Assembly: GCA_964594835.1 (NCBI GenBank)
Contig: CAZQNA010000001.1
Coordinates: forward strand, 192,989-256,988
Direction of reading: 5' to 3'
Length of the DNA stretch: 64,000 bases
Source: an uncultured Nitrososphaerota archaeon
GTDB taxonomy: Archaea > Korarchaeota > Korarchaeia > Korarchaeales > Korarchaeaceae
A program made the position numbers and the translations under genes. Each line of letters opens with the position of its first letter. Position 1 is the first letter of the stretch. Shown piece after piece: positions 47,700-57,389 of the stretch. The notes under the pieces were generated by a model. That model worked only from the letters and a program-made list of their open reading frames with translations, ran no database searches and was not told the DNA's origin.

Positions 47700-48929
47700 T
47701 CAAGCTCGCACGGGAATGGTGGTAGTCCCCTCCGGCATCACCACGACCTTGGGATTTGAGACCCCCCTCAGGGCCGCGTCGACCCCCTCCTGGAGAGAGG
47801 AGACCGGTTCCATCTTGTAGAGCCCCCTCACTTCTGCGGGATCCATTGAGCTTAGGAATAGGATCCTATTCCTCTCCACGGCTCTAAGGTAGTAGTAAGC
47901 CTTGTGACCGCCCAACTCAAACGTCCGCTTGAGGGCTGCCTCTACCTCAGGTGAGGTAGAGTACCTCCTCATGTATTCGACGAACTTCTTGTTCCCGGCC
48001 CCGTCCCTGCACTCAGCCACAAAGACCACCGTCCCACCAGGCTTGACGACCCTGAGGGCCATGTGAAGCGCCTTGTACGCCTGGTACAGGTCCACGTCGT
48101 GGGGATACCCGTTCGCGGCCACGATCACTACGTCCGCGGGCTCCCCCTCGTACCTCACCTTGTACATGCGGTCCACGACCCTCGCGCCAGCCCTGAGCAC
48201 ATCCCTGTGGCGTCCGCCGTGGGCCGAGACTATCTCGTGCTCGGCGTTCTGCACCACGTTCAGGGTGAACTCGGCGCCCGCCATGTCGGCGGCCTCCTCC
48301 ATGTCCTCGCTGACCGGGTTCCCGTCGAGGACCCCGACCTCCGCCCCTGGCAGGAACATCATCTTGTGGTTGGCCTGGATGGTCTCGTAGGAGCTCACCC
48401 CGGGGAGTATGCTCTTCCTCCCCCCTCCGTATCCGGCGAAGTAGTGGGGCTCGACGTCTCCGAGCAGGATCCTATAGTCGGCGGTCTGGTAGAGCTCGTC
48501 CACCGCGACGGGAGTGCCCCTGCTGGTCTCACCGAGTTCCACGTGGGCCCCCCTGCAGTCGTGACTCACGGCCTCGACCCTCCCGTGGTGTTTGCCCAGG
48601 ATCTCCCTGGCCTCCTCTGGAGACACAGGCCTGTGGGTGCCCGTGGCGAAGATGACGGTCACCATGTCCCGCGGAACACTCAGCCTCCCGAGGACGTGGT
48701 CCAGCATGACCTCGGTTGGGCAGGGCCGGGTGTGATCGTCGACGACCACCACTACCCTCCCCGCCGGCTCCTCGTTCAGCCCCGGGCTGGCTTCGTCCAG
48801 GGCCCGAGAGATCACCTCGTCCGCCGGAGCCATCGGCCTCATGGGGTTCGGCCTTAGCACGACCACCTCGGCCCCCTCCGGCAGGTTAGCGGAGACGAAC
48901 CCCTGCCCGTAGGGGAGGCGGAACATCAT
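47700..48929 (-). CDS. larA: Nickel-pincer-dependent lactate racemase family (LarA)
   Basis: DDHTRP, ATGTHR, HD, PHYFAGYGGGRKSILPG, NH and DLYQAYK. Confidence 0.88.
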   Translation of the reverse strand: MMFRLPYGQGFVSANLPEGAEVVVLRPNPMRPMAPADEVISRALDEASPGLNEEPAGRVVVVVDDHTRPCPTEVMLDHVLGRLSVPRDMVTVIFATGTHRPVSPEEAREILGKHHGRVEAVSHDCRGAHVELGETSRGTPVAVDELYQTADYRILLGDVEPHYFAGYGGGRKSILPGVSSYETIQANHKMMFLPGAEVGVLDGNPVSEDMEEAADMAGAEFTLNVVQNAEHEIVSAHGGRHRDVLRAGARVVDRMYKVRYEGEPADVVIVAANGYPHDVDLYQAYKALHMALRVVKPGGTVVFVAECRDGAGNKKFVEYMRRYSTSPEVEAALKRTFELGGHKAYYYLRAVERNRILFLSSMDPAEVRGLYKMEPVSSLQEGVDAALRGVSNPKVVVMPEGTTTIPVRA

Positions 48930-48991
48930 AGCGGGCCCGCGGTCGCGCAGGTGGATAAAACGTTTTGACGGACGGCCGAACTTGTCACCGG

Positions 48992-50320
48992 ATGGACCGG
49001 CTCTCCGCAGATCTCCTGATCAGGGCTTCGGCGGTCATTCCCATCGAGCCCCCTGGGGCGGTTATTCGGGACGGATACGTGGCCGTGGAGGGCGGGAGGA
49101 TAGCATCGGTGGGCAGGGCGGCCAGCATGCCCCCGGTGTCCGCCGAGGAGGTGATAGACGCCAGGGGGGAGGTTGCCCTTCCGGGGCTGGTCAACGCCCA
49201 CACGCACGTCGCTATGACCCTCCTGAGGGGGGTGGCGGCCGATAGCCCCCTAGCCGACTGGCTCGCCCAGGTCTGGAGGCTGGAGGCGAGAATGGGACCC
49301 GACGAGGTCTACGCCGGGGCCAGGCTCGGGATCTTAGAGATGCTGCTTACCGGCACGACGACCTTCGCCGACATGTACTTCCACGAGGACTCGGTCGCCA
49401 GGGCGGCGCTTGAGTCGGGCATCAGGGCCGTCCTCTCCTACGGGATGATAGACTCCCCGGGCTGGGAGAGAGACCCGTCGAGGACCGAGAGAGAGTTGAG
49501 GGAGGCCGAGAGGCTCGCGGACGAGTGGCACGGGGCGGGCGACGGGAGGGTGAGGGTGGCTATCGGCCCCCACTCTCCCTACACGTGCTCCCGGGAGCTT
49601 CTGAGGGCTTCGGCGTCGCTCGCCCGGTCGAGGGGTCTGCGGATTCACATCCACCTCTCGGAGACCAGGGCGGAGGTCGAGGAGGTCGAGGGGAGAACAG
49701 GGCTGAGACCTCCATCCTACCTCGACTCCCTCGGGGTGCTCGGCCCCGACCTGCTGGCGGCCCACGGGGTCTGGCTCGACCCGGACGACATCCGCCTCCT
49801 CTCTTCCAGGGAGGTAAGCGTCGTCCACTGCCCCTCCAGCAACCTGAAGCTCGGGTCGGGCGTAGCCCCCGTGGCTGACATGCTCCGCGAGGGCGTCAAC
49901 GTGGCCCTGGGGACGGATGGACCGGCCAGCAACGACTCGCTCGACATGTTCCGGGAGATGAGGCTGGCGGCGCTCCTCCAGAGGGGAACTAGGCTGGACC
50001 CCCGATCGCTGACGTCGTGGGAGGCGCTCAGGATGGCCACCCTGGGCGGGGCGAGGGCGTTCGGGCTCGCGGGGGAGGTGGGAACTCTCGAACCGGGCAA
50101 GAGGGCTGACATCATTCTGGTGAACCTCCGGGGGCCGCACGCGATCACGTACAGGGATCCGCCCTCGGCGCTGGTCTTCTCTGCGACGGGGAGGGACGTC
50201 TCGACCGTGATAGTGGACGGCAGGGTGGTGGTCAGGGGGGGAAGGGCTCAGACCCTCGACGAGGACTCCGTCAAGGAGGAGGCGCTGAGGGCCTCTGAGA
50301 GGATCCTCGGCGTAGGCTAG
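48992..50320 (+). CDS. mtaD: MTA/SAH deaminase (amidohydrolase)
   Basis: NAHTH, DMYF, PHSPYT, HIHLSET, AHGV, SNLKLGSG and GTDGPASN. Confidence 0.82.
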   Translation: MDRLSADLLIRASAVIPIEPPGAVIRDGYVAVEGGRIASVGRAASMPPVSAEEVIDARGEVALPGLVNAHTHVAMTLLRGVAADSPLADWLAQVWRLEARMGPDEVYAGARLGILEMLLTGTTTFADMYFHEDSVARAALESGIRAVLSYGMIDSPGWERDPSRTERELREAERLADEWHGAGDGRVRVAIGPHSPYTCSRELLRASASLARSRGLRIHIHLSETRAEVEEVEGRTGLRPPSYLDSLGVLGPDLLAAHGVWLDPDDIRLLSSREVSVVHCPSSNLKLGSGVAPVADMLREGVNVALGTDGPASNDSLDMFREMRLAALLQRGTRLDPRSLTSWEALRMATLGGARAFGLAGEVGTLEPGKRADIILVNLRGPHAITYRDPPSALVFSATGRDVSTVIVDGRVVVRGGRAQTLDEDSVKEEALRASERILGVG

Positions 50321-50332
50321 CCAGGCGCCGAG

Positions 50333-51742
50333 TCAGGACACCCTCCTGACGTCGGGCGGGTACGTGGTCAGGTCGACGATCCAGGTGGCCAGGCCCCTGA
50401 GCAGGTTCATCTCACGCTCTCCATGCGCCGACTGATTCACCACGAGCGCTACCACGCCGCCTCCCGGAATCAACGCATCTATCAGGGATCTGATGAGCCT
50501 GTACGCCCCGTCGAGCCCCATGAGGGCGACGACGTCGCTGACGTTCTCCAGGACCAGGGCCACCCTCCCTCCCTCGGAGGTCACCCTCCCGACGATCCCG
50601 AGGATGACTGAGGGGCTCAGCCCCACCTCGAATTCTCCGGGCGCAACCTCCCTAGGCGCGGCCACCCTGCCCGGGCTGATCTGGATGGCCAGGCCGGATC
50701 CAAGGGCCACCTCCCTGAGGGGGGTTCCTCTCCTGCCCACGGCCACCACCTTCATCCCGAGGCCCCTCAGCCACGAGGCCAGGCTGACTATCGCCTCCGG
50801 GGGAGAGATCAGGGGCTCCACCTCGACGACCACCACCTCCCCCTCCTCCCCGATGCTCAGGCCGAACTCGCCCCAGTCCACCTCGGGCTCAAGCTCCTCC
50901 CGCTCCAACGGAGCCCGGTAGGTGGTCGTGCCCAGCAGGTAGTATCCGAACCCAGAGAGGGCAAGCGTGAGCGCGACCGCCCCCGTCAGCGTGTAGCCGA
51001 ACACGTTCATGACCTTGGGCGTGCCCAGCAGATCATCCAACAGCACGTATCCCTCGGCCACGGCTCCGAGGGCCATCGCAGAGAAGGAGGCCTCCATCAG
51101 CCACCTTCCGGCCTCGGTGGGCGCCTCGGAGACGCCCCCAAGCCTCCACAGGTTCGCCACCAGGAGGGCTATGATCGCCACGTCGAGCGCGAGGTCACCG
51201 TACCTCGGCCGCGGGAGCGGGGAGAGCTTGGGGAGTGACCAGGCGGTGACGAGAATCAGGACGGCCAGCCAGGCCATCAGGATCAGCCTGGGGCTGACCC
51301 GAGGCGCGGACCTCTTCGGGGCCACGATCGACGCCAGCCTGCTCATCAGGGAGGTGAGGTACCACGAGCATATCCCGACTGACACCAGGATCGTGAGAAG
51401 CTCCATCAGGTGCACGTACTCCGGGAGAACGAACACAGCATCCACGAGTTCGATCAGGAGGAAGTAGGCCAGGAGGGCCTGACCCCAGGTGAAGTACCTC
51501 CAATCCCTCCAGAGCAGGGCCTCCAGCCTCTGGAGGACAATGAAGTAGAGGGTAATGAGCGCCGCCCCTCCCGCCAGGACTCCCACAGCCCTTCCGAGAA
51601 AACTCAGAGGGTCGACGGGCTTGGAGATCCAGTCGCGGGTGCTGCCGAGGAGCACCAGGGTGGCCAGCAGCATCCAAGCCATGGAGGCGACCTCGGGCAG
51701 GCTCACCCGGGGGGATCTCGACGCCCGCGACCTGTTCGCCAT
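50333..51742 (-). CDS. 8-TM membrane protein with C-terminal inactive KaiC/RecA-like (DUF835-like) domain
   Basis: Collinear paralog of 23683-25095 (YYLLGTT, GRR.[ST]P, GEFE.G and NLLR.LAT shared). Confidence 0.7.
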   Translation of the reverse strand: MANRSRASRSPRVSLPEVASMAWMLLATLVLLGSTRDWISKPVDPLSFLGRAVGVLAGGAALITLYFIVLQRLEALLWRDWRYFTWGQALLAYFLLIELVDAVFVLPEYVHLMELLTILVSVGICSWYLTSLMSRLASIVAPKRSAPRVSPRLILMAWLAVLILVTAWSLPKLSPLPRPRYGDLALDVAIIALLVANLWRLGGVSEAPTEAGRWLMEASFSAMALGAVAEGYVLLDDLLGTPKVMNVFGYTLTGAVALTLALSGFGYYLLGTTTYRAPLEREELEPEVDWGEFGLSIGEEGEVVVVEVEPLISPPEAIVSLASWLRGLGMKVVAVGRRGTPLREVALGSGLAIQISPGRVAAPREVAPGEFEVGLSPSVILGIVGRVTSEGGRVALVLENVSDVVALMGLDGAYRLIRSLIDALIPGGGVVALVVNQSAHGEREMNLLRGLATWIVDLTTYPPDVRRVS

Positions 51743-52065
51743 GTCAGCCCTCCTCCCCCACCCACGAGGGGCTTCGGCTTCTTCTGACGGATCGAAACAC
51801 TTGATGGGATATATGAGGAGAAAACAAACCATCTAATAGTCTTGACGCCTAATAAATTCCAGAGAGGCCCAAGTTTAGTGGAGCTGACCCGCGGGTGGCG
51901 AGATGGCAGCCGCCCGGCGAGGCCAGGAGGAGCGCATCCCTGCTCCTAGAGTCGAGCGAGGTGATCATCCCAGGCCACGGCCTCCCCTTCACTTCCCGAC
52001 CTCTCAGAAGTCTAACGTGCGCGTAGGTCGGCTGAAGGCTGGGAATCCAGCCCTCTTGATTTCCC

Positions 52066-52743
52066 TTACTCGCGCTCTATCCTGCCGTCAACAAGCCTAA
52101 CGACTCTCTCGGCGTACGAGGCCACGAGGCTGTCGTGAGAGACCACTACGACGGCGACTCCAGCCTCCTCGTTGACTCTCCTGAGGAGGCCCATTACCGC
52201 CTTCTTGGACTCCAGATCCAGGCTTCCCGTGGGCTCGTCCGCCAAGATCAGCTTCGGGTCGTTGGCCAATCCTCTGGCCACAGCGACCCTCTGCCTCTCC
52301 CCGCCGCTCAGCTGGTGGGGTCTCCGGTCCGCCTTGTCCTCGAGCCCCAGCTCCCCCAGCAGGTCGATCGACCTCTCCTTAGCCTCTTCCAGCGGGAGAC
52401 CGAGCGCCAGCATCGGGATGGCGACGTTCTCCCACGCCGCGAATTCCGGGAGGAGGTTGTGGAACTGGAACACCAGTCCGATGTTCTTGAGCCTGAACCT
52501 CGCGAGTTCGGCTCCCTTCAGCGAGGAGAGGTCCACCCCGGCTACCACCACATCTCCGCCAGTTGGCGTGTCCAGGCCTGCGATCACGTTCAGCAGGGTG
52601 GTCTTCCCGCTCCCCGACGGCCCCATTATGCAGAGGAGTTCTCCTTCGGCCACCTCTAGGTCGACTCCCTTCAGGGCCGGGACGTCGATCTCTCCCATCC
52701 TGTAGACCTTCCAGACGCCCCTGAGTTCGACCACGCTACCCAA
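52066..52743 (-). CDS. ABC transporter ATP-binding protein (LolD-like)
   Basis: GPSGSGKT, LSGGERQR and ADEPTG. Confidence 0.95.
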   Translation of the reverse strand: MGSVVELRGVWKVYRMGEIDVPALKGVDLEVAEGELLCIMGPSGSGKTTLLNVIAGLDTPTGGDVVVAGVDLSSLKGAELARFRLKNIGLVFQFHNLLPEFAAWENVAIPMLALGLPLEEAKERSIDLLGELGLEDKADRRPHQLSGGERQRVAVARGLANDPKLILADEPTGSLDLESKKAVMGLLRRVNEEAGVAVVVVSHDSLVASYAERVVRLVDGRIERE

Positions 52744-53866
52744 ACCTCAGCACCTCCGCCGGCCTGACCCTAGAAGCTCGGAACGCAGAGTACGCAGAGG
52801 AGGCAACCGCGACGAGTGTGGAGTATGCTAGACCCAGTATCGCCAGCCTCGGGGTAACCTCGACGGCTATCTCGAGCGTCTCGTGCGCCCACTCGGCCGT
52901 GACGTGGCCAACTGCTCTGGACACGACCAGGGAAATGGAGAGCCCGAGAGCGTAGCCGAGGACGGCGTAGGCGAAGGCTACCGCCAGGTATGTGAGGAGA
53001 ACCTCCTCGGAAGTTACCCCGACGGCCTTGAGCACTCCTATCTCCACGCGCTTGGACTCCACGAGCATGAGGGTCACGTTCGTTATCCCCAGCCCGGCTA
53101 CCGCCACTATGACGCACATCAGCATGGTGGAGTAGAGCCTTTCAGTCCTCAGCAGGTCCAGCACGCCCCTGGCGAGTTCCTTCCACCCGACGGCGTCGTA
53201 GCCCAGCGCTCGCAGCTCCGCGACCACTTCTCCCGCGCTCTCCAGGTCCCCCAGCCTCAGGGCCACGTAGCCGTACTCTCCCACATCGACCCCGAGTGTG
53301 TCCAGGCTTACGAGGACGAGCTGAGAGTCTAGCTTCACAGCCCCCATGTCCAGGATCCCCGCCACCCTGAGCTCGACGGTCTCCCCGGAGGGGAGCGTCA
53401 GAGCCACGAGAGATCCGGGACCCAGGCCCAGGGACTCGGCCAGACCGTCTCCTACGAGGGCCTCCCGGGGCCGGAGGGAGAGTTCCCCCTCCACGAGGCA
53501 CTCTCCCAGGTTGGAGAATCGGAACTCGGTCGAGGGCCGAACTCCCCTCAGCAGCACGCTGGCCCTGCCCTCGGCTATCGCTGGCACATCCACCCTCGGG
53601 GAGTACGACTCCACCTTCTCGATCCCTGTCAGAGCATCTTCCAGCTCCTCCAGGCTCCTTCCATCTAGCTCGACCTTGACGTGGGGGATCGTCGATCCGA
53701 GAGCCTTCTCGAGCGTAGCCTCGCGCAGGCCTGCGAGTATGGCCCCCGTGAGTATGAAGAGCGCCACCGACCCCGCCACCGCCAGTACCACGAGGGTCGT
53801 CTGCCTCCTCCAGGCGGTCACGTACCTCCTCGACAGGAACAGGATCAGCCTCCGGCTCGCCCGCAA
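52736..53866 (-). CDS. LolC/E-FtsX family ABC permease
   Basis: Four TMs with a large extracytoplasmic loop; VESKRVEIGVLKAVG. Confidence 0.88.
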   Translation of the reverse strand: MRASRRLILFLSRRYVTAWRRQTTLVVLAVAGSVALFILTGAILAGLREATLEKALGSTIPHVKVELDGRSLEELEDALTGIEKVESYSPRVDVPAIAEGRASVLLRGVRPSTEFRFSNLGECLVEGELSLRPREALVGDGLAESLGLGPGSLVALTLPSGETVELRVAGILDMGAVKLDSQLVLVSLDTLGVDVGEYGYVALRLGDLESAGEVVAELRALGYDAVGWKELARGVLDLLRTERLYSTMLMCVIVAVAGLGITNVTLMLVESKRVEIGVLKAVGVTSEEVLLTYLAVAFAYAVLGYALGLSISLVVSRAVGHVTAEWAHETLEIAVEVTPRLAILGLAYSTLVAVASSAYSAFRASRVRPAEVLRFG

Positions 53867-54426
53867 AGGATCACCTCCGCGACCTCTTCCTTGACCTTCC
53901 CAAGCAGGTCGGGAGAGAGCTCGTCCCCCAGGATCGAGATCTGGACCCCCAGCCCGTCTAGGATCGCCAGCAGGAGGAAGGCCCTGGCCCTCGCGTTTGG
54001 GACCCCGGCCTCCTCCAGAACCCTGGCTAGGTCGTCCAGAGCGCTCCTGTACACCGACCTGATGAAGGTCTCCCTCCCGGCCCTCTCGAGTTCCCTGAAC
54101 ACCTCTATCAGGAAGGACAGCCTCCTCGCGTTGTACTTGGAGGAGACCTCCAGCGACAGATCTAGGAGGGCCCTGACCTTCTCCTCGATGCTGACTTCCG
54201 AGTTGACTATCCTCCAGAAGGGTTTGGTGACAAGCCTAGCGAGGAGGAGCTTGAGGGCCTCCTCAGCTAGCTCGAGCTTTGACTTGAAGTAGTGGAACAC
54301 GGCCCCCTTGGAGACGCCAGCCTCCGAGGCAACCTCCTCCACGGAGACCTTGGAGTACGAGTCCCTCGAGAAGAGCCTCAGGGCCGCCTCGACCACGGCC
54401 TCCCTCGCGGACCCCCTCCTTGGCAT
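53845..54426 (-). CDS. TetR/AcrR family regulator
   Basis: AALRLFS...VASEAGVSKGAVFHYFKSKLEL. Confidence 0.93.
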   Translation of the reverse strand: MPRRGSAREAVVEAALRLFSRDSYSKVSVEEVASEAGVSKGAVFHYFKSKLELAEEALKLLLARLVTKPFWRIVNSEVSIEEKVRALLDLSLEVSSKYNARRLSFLIEVFRELERAGRETFIRSVYRSALDDLARVLEEAGVPNARARAFLLLAILDGLGVQISILGDELSPDLLGKVKEEVAEVILCGRAGG

Positions 54427-54450
54427 ACATACCGACCGGTCGGTATGTAT
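54425..54450. promoter_or_regulatory. Perfect 26-bp palindrome, probable TetR operator
   Basis: ATACATACCGACC|GGTCGGTATGTAT overlapping the TetR start codon. Confidence 0.8.
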
Positions 54451-54588
54451 TCAAAAAGGTTATCGAAGAAAAACCCGCAGCAGGTCTTGATCTCAGCGCC
54501 TGGACTTCAGCGCTCTCAAGGACAGTTTCAGGTAGTTCCATTGCATTTCACCAAATTCCAGTAATCCTAGACCCAAGAGTTACTCACC

Positions 54589-55953
54589 GTGAGCGTCAGT
54601 CGTTGGGTAGTCGTGATCGCCGTGTTCACTCTCGTCGCATCGATCGGAGTAGGATACATCGCGTGGACTCACATGAAGGGAGGAGCTGAGGAGCCAGAGG
54701 AAAGGCTCTCTCAGGTCAGAGTAGCCATACTGTACGAGCGAGTGACGGACGGGGGCCTCATCAACAGGAGCCTCGACGACGTAGTGCGGATAGTCGAGGA
54801 GACGGGAGCGGACATGATATTTAGGGGGTTCTGGAGGTGGAGCTCCTTCCCCGACGACTGCTCCCAACTGCCGAAGAGGCTCCAGGCGCAATGCGAGTTG
54901 GCTGGCTACAGCTACGAGCACCTCGAGGAGGCGATCGCTGCCATAAAGGAGGCCAAGCCAGACCTGATATTCTGCGGCGCGGTTCCAGCCCAGAAGGTGC
55001 AGAGGCAGCGCGAGCAGAACCCCAGGACCGGCGAGATCTTGGAGTACCCGGAGACATGGGAGCTGGCGCTCGATCCCAGCAGGTGGGGTATCAACGTCTC
55101 GAAGGAGAGGTTCCAGTGCTGGTTCGGTAAGACTCACCTGTGGGTCGACCGAGAGCTGGACTGCGTGGACTACGACCCAGAGGAGGCCAACATGTACTTC
55201 CCCGACATAACGAACGAGAAGTTCCAAGAACTCCTATTGAGCTGGGCCAAGGAGCAGATCGACCGCGGAGCCGATGCCATCTGGATAGACATGCTCGTCA
55301 CTCAGGCCAGGATCATGGAAGACCTCACCGGAGATCCGAACCACCCCGCCGTGGTGGACGCGCTGAAGGCGGCGCAGAGGATAGTTGACGAGATACACGT
55401 CTACGGGAAGTCCAAGGGAAGGTACGTCTACGTGGGGAGCTGGTGGACGGCTGCAAGGTTCTCTCACAACAGACCAGACCTTGACTTCGTGACAGTCTCT
55501 CCGACGGTCAGGGAGGTGCTGACCATGGAGTTAAACGAGAGCAGGTGGAGCGAGGTCGTTGAGCTGGTGAGGGAGAACCTGGGCGACATTCCGATATTCG
55601 CGTTCATCGACTGGGCGGGTACCGTTAGAACCCCCTTGGGCGCCTTCAGTCAGAGCCTGAGCCCCGGGCAGCAGAGGGAGTTCCTCAGGAAGGCCGACGC
55701 CTTCTTGCGAGAGAAGGGGATAGTTTTCATCTATCCCGTTCACGGCGGCTACATGGGGGTGGACGCCACCGTGCTGTCATTTGGGAGGTACAGGTTCTAC
55801 GACAGCATCGCGCCGGAGTTCCAGACTTATCAGACTATAGTGGAACTCGCCCGGTCCCGTAAGCCAACCCCTGAGATCCTTTTCGATGGGGTGATGGGCT
55901 GCGGCAGGGCCAGCTGGCGATCTCTCCGCTCACGTGCTCATCTCTGGCACTAA
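54589..55953 (+). CDS. Membrane-anchored extracellular protein, possible TIM-barrel glycoside-hydrolase-like fold
   Basis: N-terminal TM, GADMIFRG, GADAIWID and aromatic-rich sequence. Confidence 0.6.
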   Translation: MSVSRWVVVIAVFTLVASIGVGYIAWTHMKGGAEEPEERLSQVRVAILYERVTDGGLINRSLDDVVRIVEETGADMIFRGFWRWSSFPDDCSQLPKRLQAQCELAGYSYEHLEEAIAAIKEAKPDLIFCGAVPAQKVQRQREQNPRTGEILEYPETWELALDPSRWGINVSKERFQCWFGKTHLWVDRELDCVDYDPEEANMYFPDITNEKFQELLLSWAKEQIDRGADAIWIDMLVTQARIMEDLTGDPNHPAVVDALKAAQRIVDEIHVYGKSKGRYVYVGSWWTAARFSHNRPDLDFVTVSPTVREVLTMELNESRWSEVVELVRENLGDIPIFAFIDWAGTVRTPLGAFSQSLSPGQQREFLRKADAFLREKGIVFIYPVHGGYMGVDATVLSFGRYRFYDSIAPEFQTYQTIVELARSRKPTPEILFDGVMGCGRASWRSLRSRAHLWH

Positions 55954-56072
55954 GCGGCTCATCGAGAAAAGAGTTAGGAAGGCTTGTGGGTGAGGTAATC
56001 CACTAAGCGGATTCTCCAGCAACTTAAGTTAATGATCTGACCGGCCAGGGGCGATGGAGGGGTCGATCCGCA

Positions 56073-57350
56073 ATGCAGGAGAACCTCACCTCCGTCGGCC
56101 GGGCCCTGCAGTCCATAATGCCCCTGATCTACCTCATGGCCATAGGGATCGTCGCCTCCATCCTCTTCTCAGTCGTGGACATGTTCTCAATCGATAGGGT
56201 TCTGAAGCTCGTAAGGGGGAGGAGGGTCTTCGTCTTCCTCGGGAAGGAGGCGCACTACGGGAGGCTGGAGACCCCGCCGAGGAGCAAGGGGGGGTTCGAG
56301 GTGTTCTACACCGACTCCGGGATAGAGAACCCACTGTCCCTCGTGGCGTTCCTCGTGGAGAACTACCACGAGACCGGGAACAAGAAGTTCCTGGAGAAGG
56401 CAGAGATCCTCCTCCAGTACCTGAAGGACAGGGGCATGATCGACCCGGAGACCACCATAGAGGACGTGAAGATCAACTCCTGGGCCCCCCCGAGCCGGGT
56501 GTCCCGGAAGGTGTACTCGAACGAGCTTGGCGACCTCTGGATGATAATCAGCTTCGTGGACGAGATGACGGAAGAAGAGAAGCTCAGGAGGTGGAAGGAG
56601 CTCTCGGACCTCTACAGCAAGCCGTTTCTGAAGAGCGCCATGAGGAGGATCTACAACGCCCTCAGCTACGTGAAGGACAAGGTGGCGGCGGCCCTCTCCT
56701 CGTCCACCGGGGTGTTGATGTCCAGCCTACCCGCGGACCTGAGGAAGGCCGTGGAGGAGGCCCAGGCGAAGGCACTCGGAGCGGCGGTGGGCCAATCCTA
56801 CGATCCGCTGCTCGAGAACAGCATCGGCAGGCTCGTCACGGTCAGGGTCGACGACGTCGACGGTGAGAGGAAGTACTACCAGGGGGTGCTGGGGGAGTAC
56901 TCGGACAGGTACATCTACGTACTGGACGTGGACTACAGGCTCCAGCTCACGGGGGAGGTCTCGGGGGTAGAGGTGCGGAGGGTCGTCCCGGTCGTGAAGT
57001 TCTTCGGAGAGAGGCTGGATGTCGCCGGAGAGAGGCACTTCGAGCTCTCCAGGGGGAGCGGCGGGTCCTTGGAAATCAAGAACTCGTGGAGGAGGCCGAT
57101 CAAGGTGGAGAAGGTCACGTTCGGCGACAAGGAGGTCTCCGTCGGAAGGGTCCTGTTCCCCGGCGACTCGGTCGAGGTGGGGGGAGTCCCCGAGACCTGC
57201 TCCATCCACTACGAGATAGCCCTGGAGTCCGACGTGGTCTGGCCAAGATCCAAGGCCGTGATCGTGGGACTAGGGGACTATCCGCCGAGGATACTGCAGT
57301 CGGTGCTTGAGGGCCTGAAGGTCAAGAACCTGGTCAAGAGGGTGATCTGA
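56073..57350 (+). CDS. Conserved hypothetical membrane-anchored protein
   Basis: N-terminal TM, strong codon bias, and an internal segment resembling an Sm/LSm beta-barrel. Confidence 0.7.
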   Translation: MQENLTSVGRALQSIMPLIYLMAIGIVASILFSVVDMFSIDRVLKLVRGRRVFVFLGKEAHYGRLETPPRSKGGFEVFYTDSGIENPLSLVAFLVENYHETGNKKFLEKAEILLQYLKDRGMIDPETTIEDVKINSWAPPSRVSRKVYSNELGDLWMIISFVDEMTEEEKLRRWKELSDLYSKPFLKSAMRRIYNALSYVKDKVAAALSSSTGVLMSSLPADLRKAVEEAQAKALGAAVGQSYDPLLENSIGRLVTVRVDDVDGERKYYQGVLGEYSDRYIYVLDVDYRLQLTGEVSGVEVRRVVPVVKFFGERLDVAGERHFELSRGSGGSLEIKNSWRRPIKVEKVTFGDKEVSVGRVLFPGDSVEVGGVPETCSIHYEIALESDVVWPRSKAVIVGLGDYPPRILQSVLEGLKVKNLVKRVI

Positions 57351-57389
57351 CCGGCCGCCCACGGGAGCCCGGTCAGCCCGGTCCCCTTT

